A stretch of 64,000 nt of DNA from Phoronis australis. Its lineage: Eukaryota; Animalia; Phoronida. The position numbers were made by a program, and so were the translations under genes. Numbering within the stretch: the stretch's first letter is position 1; every line of letters begins with the position of its first letter. Shown here piece after piece: positions 46,701 through 61,700 of the stretch. Below the pieces are notes generated by a model. That model made no database searches. It was not told where the DNA came from and saw only the letters and a list, made by a program, of their open reading frames with translations. The stretch covers positions 858,157 through 922,156 of the forward strand of contig NMRA01000017.1 of the NCBI GenBank assembly GCA_002633005.1, written 5' to 3'.

Positions 46701-49700
46701 ACTCTAGACCCTTTATGATAAAATGGAGAGTGCTCCTATGTGTGTATTGTGGGTATCTCCCATGACTACGACTAAATAAATTTGTCAACTCATTTGAAAA
46801 ACCACATGGTACCATTTAGTTGGCTAATTTATTGTTGCAAGTTAATGGAGCCTCTAAAATGTGCTTCCAGGGTTTCACTGAAGCGTTAATTTTACTCACC
46901 AAACTAGTGGATAAGCGTCTTAAGGAACTAACACACCCCAAACAAAGAGAGAGGTTGATCACAGCCACGACTCTACTCAAGAAGTCTGTGCCCATGTTGA
47001 ACTCATCTTTACAGACCTACGTCAAGTACTTGAGCAACACTCAGGCCCAGGTTTGTTCATTTTTTACATGGTAATTCACATGATGAAAGGAAAACCAAAA
47101 AAATTATGTTCCCCGTTGCCATTCCAGCTACTATGATTGTGAATGCCATTGTACTTGGCTGCCATGATGGCGAATACTATTTGGGGGGACTTACAGATCA
47201 TTTTGGCATGTACTGTACTGTAGTTGTGTTTTTTTTTATTCCTGATTAAAATTGAACTCAAAAAATCTCTCGGGTCATCTGTTGCAAGAGTTTTTTGTTG
47301 TCAGAGGAGTTAATACAGTAGAAGTTGTATTTGCCTGTGAATTAAAATTGTTTTTCAGTTTGAAGCTGACGTGTTGTTACCGTGACCCTACCACTGTACG
47401 AGGCTTTAAAGCTGAATGTCATTTTTCATTCAATTTAGGCTAGTCGCAACTTTGTCATTACGGAAGTGATCTCGGTGACAAATGACATCATTCATGCTGT
47501 GGAGAACAAGGTCTGTGATGATGATGAAGATGAGGACGCTGACGAGATTGGATACTTTGTATCTAAAACTGATGAGGTGAGTCACTTAGAACAGTGATTT
47601 TTAATTTCTATATTCCTCTGTCTGTCATTTTTCTTGTAGTTTGTTTGGTAGTTTGCAATCTCTACTTAAAGATGATTGTGAAATGTGCATTTGCTAACCC
47701 TATTTATGTCTTGACACCAAACTCAGGAAATGGACTTACATGTATATCTAATTAGCTGGTATAAAAAATTTTCTTGTCATGACATCTGATTCGGGTAGCT
47801 TTTTGAAGCGCGTGATTAAAATAATTATCTTCTTATGTCTTGATGATCTGTGAGTTGGAATCTGTCATGGCATGAAAAGGGTTGAGACAGTTTGTGTGAT
47901 TGAGTTACTCGATTACATTAGGGTGGGGCATGAAGTGTTCACAGTAATTAATATGTATTAGATGAACCATAAATAATAATAATTTTAAAACTTAAGACGA
48001 TTGTAACTTATATGTTGTAATATCATGTGACATTATTTATTAAAAAAATTTGATTTTGTTGTAAGCTGCGTCAAACTAGTGAAGGCGTTTTGCTGTTTGC
48101 GTTGCTCGCTTAGAAATGTCACTTTTCGCTAAGGTCCTTGACAGATTGGCTGACGACAGGAGGTTTGAGCTGAATGACAACTTCGAGGAATTATGGGAGC
48201 CCATCGTTAGACACAGTATGTCTGTAGCTCATCTGGCAGATGACGGGGGCCGAAGCCTCATTGTCAAGAATTGTCAACGGGTAATCAAAAGTACTAAACG
48301 CAAATAATGATATTATGGCTGTGAATTTCTGTGCAAAACAAAAATATGTAATTTCTGTCCATTTGTCTTCTTAGCCAGCGATGATGGCTGTTCATTTTTG
48401 GGGTTCCACATTATGCTCTAATGTGACACTTTTAATTATGCTTGTTCTGCGCAGAATATAGACTCGTGAAACTACCAAATTAATTTAGCTGCCACAACGA
48501 CTGCAATAATCAAGGTTCACAAAATAATGAATACGACAGAAGCTACATTATAAAATAATTGAACTTGTTTTATTTGTATGAAGCCCGTATTTGCTGGGTT
48601 TTTTTTGCCCCGTGTGTCTTAAGTTGACCACCATAGAGCTCTTCATTATGCGTGGCTGAGTTAGACTTGCCAGCCATGTTTTTCCTGGAGCCAACATCAA
48701 ATAGTCCATTAACAACTGTATACTCAGGCAGTGACAGTGTACGGTGAACCAGAGGGGACTAACATCATATTTTTCTTATACAGTTCATTTATTTAGCAGA
48801 TGATTTCTCACTCGGGCACTGATAGTGTCTGGTGGTCAAGGTTGGACTAAAACAGTCCATTCAGATTATGAGTAACCTGGCTAGAAAAATGTCCAAATTT
48901 GGCTAACTTTGAAACATCGGAATTTCAGGAGATGGTTTATCACAGTCATTCAAATGAAACTTTCAAATAATGTACTGTTTTATGTACTTAATGTTCATTT
49001 TTTAATTGTTCTACTTTTGCATGTTAATAAAGAAGAGACTAAATGAAAAGAAAATATCAAACTTGATGTAGTATCACCATCAGGTAATGACACTGACTGC
49101 ACAATCTATTTCATTATTCTCTGTGACTGTAGCCTGGTAGGAGGGCAGGGGTGGCTATGCACTTCTCTGTTTTTAGACTAAAATATTAATCTTGACCAAC
49201 CTCATGTTTTTTTTACTATTTAAAGCTGATTTTCCTTGTTGCTAAATTTACAGATTTTAGCTCAAAAGAAGAGTTTGTTTGACCAGCTGCAAAATGTAGT
49301 CTCGAACCCAGACTTCCAGGAAGTACGCGAGGACTACGAGGCAGCGTGTGAAGAGCTGGTGTTGGAATTCCAGGACTTAGAGCACCATGTGAACACAGCC
49401 ACAGTAGAGCTGTATGTGAACACATTCAAGGAGACCATAGAGCCACTAGAGAGGCTGATGAAGGCTGCTCTGTCTCCAGCTAAGGTATTGGCTGATGGCC
49501 TGGCTCTGTCTTAGTTATGACCTTTTGTGACCTGAGGTCATAGGTGGGCTGGTGCAAGCTTACCAAGTGATAAGTTTGGTGATAGATTTCATCATCACTT
49601 CCAAAAGTTGAAAGATACCTCTGTTGGTAGTTTTCTGATGGCAGAATCAGAATGATGGTCTGCATAATTATTAGCTTGATTAGTTCACCTTTATGGTTTT

Positions 49701-52700
49701 ATGGAGTGTCGGAAGTTTCTATCCTTGCATGACCTTAGTATAAGGTCAAAGTTCATATAAGGTCAAGGGATGATGTCATTTGAATTGACCTTATGCAATG
49801 TGTCATTAGTGAAACATGGACCTCCAACGTCTCTTTTTTGTCATTTCAACTTGTTGTGATTCTAGGAATTCTCAAGAAAGTTGTCTTGCTTACAGTGATA
49901 CTGCATTGACTTTAAGCTGCATTTAAAAGGATGTCTTAAGTAACGAGCACGGGGGGTCTGAGATACCTTTTTCTTGTATAAGACAGCACTCTTAAGTGGC
50001 TGGGTTTATGGATATCTGTGCTCTGCGCAACCATTGTGGTCTTTCCTCATCTAGAACAGAGGTTCAATCACTGAAGAACGTTGCATGGAGATGATGCAGT
50101 CTGCCATTGATGACTTCAACTCACACTCTGACAAGATTTGTCAGGTTGCTTGGTTCATTGTGGCTAGTTCGACGGAGGCAAGACGTAAGTTCTCATGCTT
50201 TGACACAACTTGTTTGTTAAGGGATCCATGATGAATGAAGTTTTAGGCTCTGGGCACTGTCATTTTCATTGATTTTCAATTAGAATATACATTTTACTAA
50301 TAATTTCTTGTGTGTTGTAGTTAGGTGTACCTTACCGTATTATTGCCGAGGCACTTATTTTTTGGAAGACATTTTTTGANNNNNNNNNNNNNNNNNNNNN
50401 NNNNNNNNNNNNNNNNNNNNNNNNNNNNNNNNNNNNNNNNNNNNNNNNNNNNNNNNNNNNNNNNNNNNNNNNNNNNNNNNNNNNNNNNNNNNNNNNNNNN
50501 NNNNNNNNNNNNNNNNNNNNNNNNNNNNNNNNNNNNNNNNNNNNNNNNNNNNNNNNNNNNNNNNNNNNNNNNNNNNNNNNNNNNNNNNNNNNNNNNNNNN
50601 NNNNNNNNNNNNNNNNNNNNNNNNNNNNNNNNNNNNNNNNNNNNNNNNNNNNNNNNNNNNNNNNNNNNNNNNNNNNNNNNNNNNNNNNNNNNNNNNNNNN
50701 NNNNNNNNNNNNNNNNNNNNNNNNNNNNNNNNNNNNNNNNNNNNNNNNNNNNNNNNNNNNNNNNNNNNNNNNNNNNNNNNNNNNNNNNNNNNNNNNNNNN
50801 NNNNNNNNNNNNNNNNNNNNNNNNNNNNNNNNNNNNNNNNNNNNNNNNNNNNNNNNNNNNNNNNNNNNNNNNNNNNNNNNNNNNNNNNNNNNNNNNNNNN
50901 NNNNNNNNNNNNNNNNNNNNNNNNNNNNNNNNNNNNNNNNNNNNNNNNNNNGCTGGTGGTGTCGTTTTTGTTTTGGTGACGACGTTTTTGTTTTTTTTTA
51001 ATTTTGGGTCCTGGCCCAAGGGGGGGGTTTAAACCCCCTGAACCCCCCCCGTAGATCCGCCTCTGCCATGCGCTTATTCAAAATTCAACGCATATTCAAC
51101 AAGGCCAGTTTTGCAGACCAGGTGCTCATTAACTGCAGACTGTTCTTACCAACTGTATAAATGGTATGTTTGATAAATTTTATATCATCATTTTGAATTA
51201 TGTTGATTTCACTTGCAACCATATCTAGACTGGTATGAGACTGGTTTATGGATGTTATATACATTTTCAAAACAACTATTACATCACTCATGATTTTCCT
51301 TGCTTGTAAAGCATCTATTAATTACTTTCCAAGTCAAACTTTCATTTAGTTATCAATAAACCATAGACTATCCAGTAAAATGGTGAACTGCGATCAGATT
51401 TTGTCCTTTCAATTAGTCTTGAATTACCGCCTCAGCCACTTATTTGAGACCCAATGCTTAATATTTAACATTGATGTTTTCAACTGGCTTTAACCTGGTG
51501 CTTATTTGAGATCCGACACTTATTAAAGGACTGGCGGTAATAAGTGACACTACAGTATCTTGTTCTTCCAATTTTGTGCTGAATTATTGAAACTCATGCA
51601 CGCTAGTGGGACAGTCGGCACTAGTGAAATTGTATGTCTTGTATCTCTCACTAGGGGTCAGGTCTATCAAGAGCAGCGTGAAACGACTGGAGAAACTAGA
51701 CCCGGAGATGGTCCCTGCGATGGTGGCGTGTCGAAAAGACCTTCACAACAGGGGTGCAGTGGAACACCTGCGGCTGCTGCGTTCTGAGTGGACCACAGAG
51801 TTGGAGACTTTGGTCAACACAGTGGACCTGCTGTTGGATTCGAGGCATTTTATGGAAATTTCTGGTAATAGCTGTTCGTTTCTTTATCCCATTTGCTATG
51901 TTATTGTTGGAAGTGTATTGTGATATCTTTAGTCTTAACAACATTGATGATTTTAATTTGACATTGTGCAAAAGATGGTGAAATATGCTAATAGATAGTG
52001 AGCTACAATTTTATGACGTTTGTCCTTATTTATCAGCCATTTTGGGATGACTTTAAATTTCAAAGGTTAATACTCTTGTTATTTAAAGACTCCTAAGGCA
52101 GTGGTCGTATGTTGTAGTGGAATGCATCATGTTTTTTCGAATTACGCTGCTTTTATTTTTGCATAATGACTAGTCGTTAGAACATAATTCATTGCCAATC
52201 ATGTTTTAGAAAAACTCTTGAAGGATAAGGTTGAAGTATGCAAAGAATCCTTATACATGACGGAGTCATCACTGTTGTCTGATGTATCACGAGCTGTCAT
52301 TGGCTTATCCAAGAGGGTTCGAAAGCTAGCTAAGGAACAGCTGGAAAACAGCGACGACCCAGTATTCAGAAATGGGCTGCTCGTGTACGTCACGCAGCTG
52401 GGAAAAGGTGAAAAAAACTTTCTTAACACTGAGGCCCTGGTCACATGTTGACATTTGTACGTACATCTGTTTTGCTATTGTGAAGGTTTTGGAGGTATTC
52501 TACTACCCAATAAACAGGCGGTTGATATACGGACTGTTTTCTACCCGTGTGTAAACATACAGTTTATAAAGCTGCCACAGAAATGTGAATGAAACTTCTG
52601 TGAATGGGTTTTAGAGGTTTTTGTACAACCCAATAAGCAGTTGGTTGATACGGTAACGGTTTGTTTTAATCGCACGTAAATGTATGGCTTTATATAAGGT

Positions 52701-55700
52701 GCATGTATTTATTCTTTTATATATTGTCTGAAACAAGTTTTTTTCAGCAGTATCATTTTTAATGTTATTCAGTATTAAATTGAATCCGCATTAACATCTA
52801 CCATTTTGTAACGGACACGTTAAGTTTAGTTTAACATGACATTTTGTAAATTTATTCTTTGGGTTTACTGATAGTGCTTCACACATGGGCATATGCTTTT
52901 AATTGTAGACATTGGCACAATTTCACATAAAAGCACATGGGCTTAAATACCTTGTATATTTGCCCAGGATAGAGATCATACGCTGGATTGAAATCTTGAC
53001 TTCCTAGAATCATTTTGAAAATCATTGTATTTGTCAAGTATTAGCTAACACAGTCGTGCAGATGACAGACTGGCTTTAGTATAAATTTTTACTTTTTGTC
53101 ATCTAATCAACAGTCAATCTTTCCAGCCATCGATGGTGTCAGGTCTGCCTTCCACCAGGTATCACTAGCTGACAGTGATGCCAGTACGCATCACGTCCTG
53201 CACAGGCGCTGTGACGTTCTGTTGAAGTGTGTTGACAAAGTGGTGCTGGGGCTGGAGTCAGAGAATCACCCTGACCTTCTGGATCCAGCACGGAGGGGAC
53301 TCCGACCTTTACAAGGCCTGAAGGGATTGGGTAAGTCAAAGTTCAAAGTTCAACAATGACATCACTCTACTTTGTAACAGGCTTTTTAGTAATACGGCAG
53401 ATTACTGTGGTCACTCATTGGTACTGTCTGCATTGCATTGCATTCAGTGATAGGTAAAAGTGGTGAGACTGAGACTTTACCAGAGTGTTCAGACTACAGT
53501 GTTTAAAGACTGGGATATTACCAGAGTGTTCAGAAAACAGTGTCCAAAGACTGAAATATTTCCAGAGTGTTCAGACTGCAGTGTTCAAAGGCCAGGTGTT
53601 TGCAATAGCACTAAAAAAAACATGTTGCTCTTTCGGGGACTTTTGATCATGGCCAGAGGGAACGGGCTCTGTGGGCTATACCTCTAAATCTTTTTGTAGA
53701 TGAATTCTTTCCTATAATGTCACAGATTATTTTTAACAAAACTTGTCTCCTACAATGACTGGTTTTTCACTTCTCTTTTAATGTTGACTGTTTACTATCA
53801 TGCAAGGGGAAACCATATCATTCGTACAGTATATTGCGAAAGTACTGAAACAGAATGACCCGGAAATCGCTGTCATGACGACTACAAGAAAGCTGAATCC
53901 ATCGTTTGAGTAGCCTTCCCTTATAACCCATAATGAAGGTGAATTAATGGGAAAGAGACAGGTGACTAAGCCATTCTGTAATTAGAATTTTCCTCATATT
54001 CAAGTAATTACCAGTCATTTTTGTTGTTAACGTAATTAGCGGGAAAGCAGTATTTTGTCCAATTACATTTGTCCTCTACTGTGTCTGTGTTTATGGACTA
54101 AATGTTTGTTTCCAGATCTCAGCGATGAAGAGAATGAAGACCTGCCACCTGTTGAGAGTGACGCTAGTCAAAACAAATTTCTCAGTTTCCATATCAAGGA
54201 GAGCAATACAAATGGTGGTTTTACAGACATCAGCCAAATGGAAGCCAAAAAAACACCAGACAATTCAAATCTGTCTATCAATGGTAAATATCAAAATTTT
54301 TTTTTCAATAAAGCATGACCTGTGTGACTAGAATGTTCTTGATTATGTGTTTAAAATTATGAAATGTAGTGGAAATTGCATTCTTCTGTTTCAGAAAATA
54401 GACATCTGTGTCAAATTCAATTATTGTTAGTGTTTTGGTATAAAGGTGCAGGTTATAACATGTCTTGCTCGTCATATAATGCTAAATATTTTATTAATTT
54501 TGAACTTTTTAAAGGATGTCGACTGTCACATACAGTAAATTGAACTGCTACGTTTTTAAAAAGTAATTAGGACAGCGGTACATTCATTTTATTTCAATTA
54601 TTGATTACCATCTGCAGGTGACCTCTCCCCTTTGACCCGTGACCTTGTTCGTGCTGCAATAGCCATGGACCGAACCACTGTAAACTTGCTGTGCAATGAT
54701 GTGATGTCTCGCGCCAACAATATAATGGACTTGGGCAACTTGCTAGTCATCTGTAGTCCAGATCAAAGTGTGAGGGAGTATGTATTCAAGATTATTTTGT
54801 GAGCAGCTACCCCTTGTGGTCAAACTGTTGTCTCCTTGTATTGTACATGAAACCCTGGAAACATACCATTTGTGGTGGATTGTGGGTGCATATCAACGCT
54901 TTACCTTGTTGTTCAAGTTTCTCTAATAAGCTTGAACTCTCAAAATTTCTCATTGTTCTTGGGTCTACGTGGAATTTGATGGAAACAACACCACAAAGTT
55001 TTTTTGTTTCAATTTCAATTTGATCTCCCAAATGGCACTGCATGTTTTGAGTTAGCATAATAGTAACTAATTAAAAATAACTAAAAATTTTTATTGCTAG
55101 TAATGCATGTTTTATTCATTATAAAAACTTTCTTACCTGTTGGATTGATTTTGCAGAGTCATCAGAGATGCAGCATCTGAAATAACTCGATTAACTCCCC
55201 TGTTAGTCACCAGAGTGAAAGAAGCAGCCAATAGCGTGATTGAAGCTGTTGAACCTATGCACCAATTGGCTGACCAGTGGGCATCAGCGGTAACTAGACC
55301 AATAGATTAGTGGTGAATTCTGTTAGAATTTAAAATTATGTCGTTGTATTCCAAAGCCCACCTTCATGTTACAATTTTTTTTAAAAACTTTTAAAATTGA
55401 CATCCCTGTCATTAAAGATTGAAGTCACACTTCATATTGAACATTAAGTTTGATATGATATCTTTTTTCGACTAGTGGGCGAGTCTATTAAAGTGTGAAT
55501 GAAAATTTCCATCCTCTTGTTATAAATATCTTGGCTGTCAATAATTTGTAATATGCTGACAGTGGCTTTTGTTTTGATATTTAGTTTCTGCTTGGAGCTG
55601 GCTGCATTGTGATTTAACCCATGGGTTACAGTTATGCCAAACACTGAGACATTCCAAGTAACTTAAAGTCATTGACAAAAAGTTGTACTGTGGTGAATAT

Positions 55701-58700
55701 CTTCCTTCACCTACCAGTTACGTCATTTTTGCAGCTGTAAAAAGGCAAAATATGAATATAATGATTCACTCTTTTTCTGAAGTACAATGTTGTTGAAAGC
55801 AAGCTTTACAAGATTCGAGTAAAGCCTAAAACTTCAAAGGAAATTGGGTGTTGATCAAAAAGTGTATAGTACAAGACAAACCAGTCGGTAATCAGACAAA
55901 ATGTAGTTTCCCTGTCACAATGACTCATTCTGATAACAGCAAAAATTACTGGTAATAACTGTTACGGTGGCAAGATTTTAGTTACATAACGGCTTAGCCA
56001 CCTGACTAACTTTTCAGTGCGTTTCCCTTCATCCTCGATCATGAGGGAAGACTACTCCTCCAACGTCATGACGGGGAATTGCAGGTCATTTTGTCTGAAT
56101 ACTTTTGACTTGTACTTTATGTGTATGCGTTAGTGTGAAGAGGAGCCTGGAACATGTATTAACTAAGGCCATTTTTATTATTTTGTTTCAGATGTCAGTG
56201 GTACAGTTGAAGATTACAGAGACCACTCGACCTTGGAGTGACCTTGGAAGGAAAATATGTGATGTTGCCAAAATTAAGAACTCCAGACTTCTGACAGACG
56301 AGGTACGTTTGTGTTGTTTTCGTTATTTGGGCATTGTTTTATCGTTTGTAGTGTTCAGGTAGGCATTTCATCAACAAATTTTGGCTCTAGGCTTAGGTTG
56401 AAGCAGTGGTTGCTGGTATTTTCAGAGGTACAGTTAAATTGATGATATTTGAAATGTATGGTTTTCAGAAAATTGCGTGTTGACGTCACGATTACAAGCT
56501 TAACTGTTTCAGTTGTATCTAATATGTACTTGTTGTGCAATAAGTAACCCTAGAACACTGTTAATGTTATGTGGGACTCAAGAAAATTTCCAAATTTGGC
56601 CAATTTCGGAACACCATATCTTGGAGATGGCCGATTGGATTCATGTGAAACTTGGATGGTTCTTGCACTGTTCCCCAAAACGCCCAGAGGAATTGTCTTT
56701 TAAATATTCCAATGTTTCATGACAGGCTGTCAAAAAGTCTTTTATAATTTTTATGAGAAAGCTCAAAAGTTGTATAAAGTGAACATGAAATGACAATTTA
56801 GAAAATAGGAAATCAATAATATTAAACAAAGTTTTGTTGTATTTTTGGTACCATCATTTTGCCATAACTCAGGGCTTGGAATTTTCCGCGGAAACGATGA
56901 TTTCCGCTTTTTTCAAATGTTCTGTCCGCGTATTTTATTATATTTCCGCGTAAAAAAATCGGATTTGATGTAAAATTTCCGCGGCAAAGTTCTTTCTTAC
57001 CGCCGCGTTGCCGACGACTTTCGCCTCGAAAAGCGGAAGTTGCTCTTTATGTTTCGGAGGAACGTAAATTGTCAACATTGCCGGGGCATCTGGGATAGGT
57101 GGATTTCCTCAATGGTGGCTCGTGTGATTGTAAACCGTGGTGACAAATACTACGACTCTGCAGCCAAAAATGTTTGGAGGCGGGAGTGGCGGACGAGCTA
57201 AGACAGACGCAGACGCACGCTTCCGCAGGTAGTACCGTTTTTTTTTAGTCCTCGAATTTTGTTGGCATAACCGACTTTTTCAAGGCTGGCATGCGCGCTT
57301 TCGGGCCGTAAAAATTTCCGCGTTTTTCGCCATTGGTCATTCCAAGCCCTGATAACTTTACCCTGTTACTTTTTTGATCAATTTTATTCGGAACACATGG
57401 CTTAGTCATTTGACCAAATGGCTGATTGGTAAAAAGTCAAAAAATCAAATTCTGCAAGCCTTTCTACTTTCAGAAAATATACATTTACCGAGTTAACATC
57501 TAGATGTTTGGCTAAATACAGATTTGTTACATAATATTGAAAAGTTCTTCATGTACAGTCAATGAGTTACGTATGACTACCAGGTAATCTTTCTGGCTAG
57601 CTATGGGTTCTACAGCCTTTGTCAAACTAATGATGTTGTGAGTGGATTGGACACGTACCATCATCCTTACAAACCGTGGGGACATCTAAGATGTTAGGTC
57701 TTACATAATCTTAACAGAATACTCGTCTGTAATTATAGTTTTAGTTTCATAAAAATATATTTTGTGTCAATTAATACTGTCTTGCTTGACATTTAATGTT
57801 TCCTTTTATGTTTGTTGTAGACACGAGCTTTGATGTCCCACAAACAGATGGCGCTGAAGCTCTTCTCTATGCTCAAGAACATTGACGGAATGATGAGCAC
57901 AGACAATGAGCATTTCCAACGTCTGTGTGAGTACTCCGGGGATGTTGAAGGCCTAACTTTGGCAGTGGCCACTTCAGCTGACATGTCCTCGAAAACTGGT
58001 AAGTGTCATGAACTTGCCCTTATGTTGAAGGTGCTTGCTGTTGAGCCTTGGATTTTGGCGCAAATGATCCTGTATTTGGTGATGAACCTATGTCCAGATT
58101 TAGTTGTATATGCAAAACTTGTCAATGAGTAAAAGGATCGAGCTTTATAGCAGGTGTGTACAAACTACTGGATCTTTCGAGTAGGCCAAGACACGTTTTC
58201 AATTTAAGGTTAATTCATCAAAATTAAGAATGCATATAAACCAAGAAAATATCCAGCTGTGTGTGATTTTGCTAAGAACACGCATGCCTGTTTTGTTAAG
58301 GGATGAAGCTTTCATGCATCCGTCTACACTGTACGTGGAAAGTATTATAAAGAATTACCTGTAATTCCCTATCATGGTGGCTGAGCGTTAGCAGAATTCT
58401 CTGTCNTCTACTGTATGTCTGAATGTGTGATTGTGTCTACTGTATGTCTGAATGAGTGATTGTGTCTACTGTGTGTCTGAATGTATGATTGTATCTACTG
58501 TATGTCTGAATGTGTGATTGTGTCTACTGTATGTCTGAATGAGTGATTGTGTCTACTGTATGTCTGAATGTATGATTGTGTCTACTGTATGTCTGAATGT
58601 GTGATTGTGTCTACTGTATGTCTGAATGAGTGATTGTGTCTACTGTGTGTCTGAATGTATGATTGTGTCTACTGTGTGTCTGAACCACTAGTCAGAGTAA

Positions 58701-61700
58701 AAATAACTTTTGATCGTATCGTTTTGACTACGGGTACAGTACCAAATGCGAGGATGCTCGCTGCAAATGAAATTTACAGGAAAACAACTTTACTTCGTTT
58801 CCATGAGAATTCTTTTCACTTTTACAATGTTCAAGTTACGGTAAAAAAATGCTACGGCAGAATTAGAATTGTGCAACAGTTTCTGAGAAGGGTAAATTAT
58901 TTCATCGCAACATAGCATTTTGGAACCATCTTGCACTCGATTGGAAATAACGATAATGAGCGCATTTTGAATTCTTTAGAATTATGAAGTTTGACATTAC
59001 CAAGATGTAATATGTTGTGAATGGAGAAGAGGACTTGTGCACTGACTCTCTCATAGATAATGCACAGTTTCTGACTCTGAGTTGTCAAAATGGAAACCAT
59101 CTTATGCGAGCAAAGGGGTAACTGTGACAATACCATGCCCTCTTTCAGGAAATGACCAAGACGCTGCCCAGCTGGATGTGTCGTGCCAAGACTGGTCAGT
59201 ACGCATGTATTGTCTGCTGTCAACACTGACCACCATATGTACTCGTGCAGTACAGCAGTACAGGGGCAGCCAGGAAGAGTTTAAGGGTCAGTTCAGTGAC
59301 TTCATGAGGGACACACTGGCCCTGAAGAATATGGCAGAGTGGTCACAAGCCATGTAAGTCATCAGAGCACATTGAAGTCATCAGATCACTTTGAAGTCAT
59401 CAGAGCACTATAAATTAGTTACTAGTACTTGGAATTTAAGGTAACATTGTCCACGAATTAAAAAAATCTAATTGTTTCTGCTGTAAATTTCATATTTTAG
59501 TAGTGCCATTTTTCTGAAACATACGTAATTGGCCAGGGCTGTTTATTATGCCCTTTCTTTGATAATTACCTGAAATGTCGTTAAGATTATCGGCTTTTTG
59601 GTGCCTTTACCCATCTAAGTTGTGTAAATCTAATTAGTCAAGTAGAAAGCTTGTAGAATTTAATTGTTGACCTTACATCAGTCTGCTAGTGATTGGGTCA
59701 CATGATCATGGTTGTTGTGTAAGTTTAAGCTATGAAGAAACTTAAGGTACTTTGATAGCAGCTCACATATTACCAAAATGAAATCGCAAAAATGATTATG
59801 ACTGGTGGTAATGAGCAATTTGTGAGGGTAAATATTTTACATGGTTGCGCCTTTGCGAAGGCCTATCCATTTTTTATCAATTTCAAAAAAATCAGATCTT
59901 TTCCCGTCCCTACAGTTGCAAGGACTCCTCGAAACAGCAGCAGATGGAGACACTTGTCAATGACCTTGACCTTGCCACACGCGACATGGCTAAACAGAAC
60001 GCGTCAGGCAGACTCGGTGGAATCCTGGAGACCTCCATGGAAGCGCTGTATGAACCGTACAGGCATGCAATAGCACAACTCATATGGATCAGAAAAGTAA
60101 GTGCTGGAAATCTTGAGTACTGCTTATTTTACTTGAATGCGTAACTTCACCCTGCAACATGTTCTGGAGACTCAGGACTTGCACTGGCCAATCATACACA
60201 TGAAAGTTGAAAGTGTGCAACACGATTGGTCGGTTTTCGAGTCCAGTCTCAAGTAATGTTAAGTGGTCTTGAGTCCTAATGCTGTTAACAATAGAGCATG
60301 CTTTCACGTAGGGACATTGAGAAGGTCCTATTGTGGAGGGAGAGTCAGCATTCTAAAGTATTGGTTATCATTGAGACCCTCTCTCATCTGAGGGGAGGTG
60401 TACCTGCAGCTTCTCAAAGCTTTTTTGGGTGAGGGGAAAGTAGTTAGAGTAGCATAGTAGGGGTGTCTGGTAGGGAACCCAGGACTCCATGAATGACTTT
60501 CTTTGCATCATGTAATAATCACCCCTGCACTTGTTTTAACTCATCCAAATTCTGTTCTCTACATAGAGGCTGTAAACACTGCTTTCGTGACTTTAGAGTG
60601 AGGATCACTGCAATTAATAAAAAAATAAATCAAGGTCGTGTGTGTTAGAAGTCAATGAATATACTCTTGAGGTGAATTTTTAGGATCTCGTGAGGGCAAT
60701 TTCACACAAATATTGAATATTTGTAGTTGGGGATTACGGTTGAAATTCAATCCCAAAATCAAGGCATTGGAGACCTTGTTAATAAGAAAGTAGTAAATGT
60801 AAGCTTTATTATAATGTGTAAGACTTAAAGCTAACTACATTGAGAACGTTTTCAATTCCCTCTGACAGCTATATTGTGTTCTGAACTGAAGAAGTTAATG
60901 CACAGGGAGGTTGTTATCTGCATTTTAGTTATTCAGTGGTTAAAAAGATACTGAAACCTGTTTTCATGATTTAAGACAATCCTCGCTCTGTCACCTTCTA
61001 ATGCATCAGTGGCGTCACTCTTCCAAGTTAAATGCTCACACTCCCTATGTCAGAGATTGGATATTATGGTTTTTGGTGGTTGGTATTTCCCCACGGTTGC
61101 CATGCAATTCACTAAAGGCGTAGGTCACGATTGTCCATTTAGCAGAGTTTGTAAAGAGTTTTCAAAATGTCCTCCAAACTTTTCAGGGTTGTCGGTGGGT
61201 TACAGGGCATTATAATTTTGTTTCAGAAGACTGGATATATAAGACATTTTTAATACCTGTTAATAGGCCAAAACAGGGTTTCGTATCCTTTTAATGAATA
61301 AGTCACAAGGATGTTTGGCACTCTAAAATCTTGATTGTGACCACCCATTAATGTTGTTTGTAATTTGTAGTCATGCACAGTAAAGACACGACAGTATTAT
61401 GTCAATTTCAATCACTCCGCAGCCAATTTGTCAATAGCCATCTTTACTGTCTAATAACCTAATAACAGTACACTTCAACTCACTATATCTCCCTACCATA
61501 ACTTGTTACAATCATACCTAATAGCATGATGTTGTTATTGTCACGTGTCGTTGCATGCCAGGCTCAGCAGTTGACACGAGTCCAGGACGACGCTACTAAC
61601 AAACTGTCTGAACCACTGTACAGGCTCGCCTACGCTGCGTTCGCTCTTCACGCCGCCACGGGTGAGTACTTCAAGTTCACTGCTCTAGTTTTGTAACTGT

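Noticed and set aside
53807-53938. Exon-like segment between VIN exons 12 and 13
   Set aside because: Every acceptor and frame combination compatible with phase 1 contains a stop; exons 12 and 13 join in frame without it.
61007-61355. Possible MITE starting CAGTGGCGTCAC
   Set aside because: The right TIR and TSD are too degenerate to support a call.
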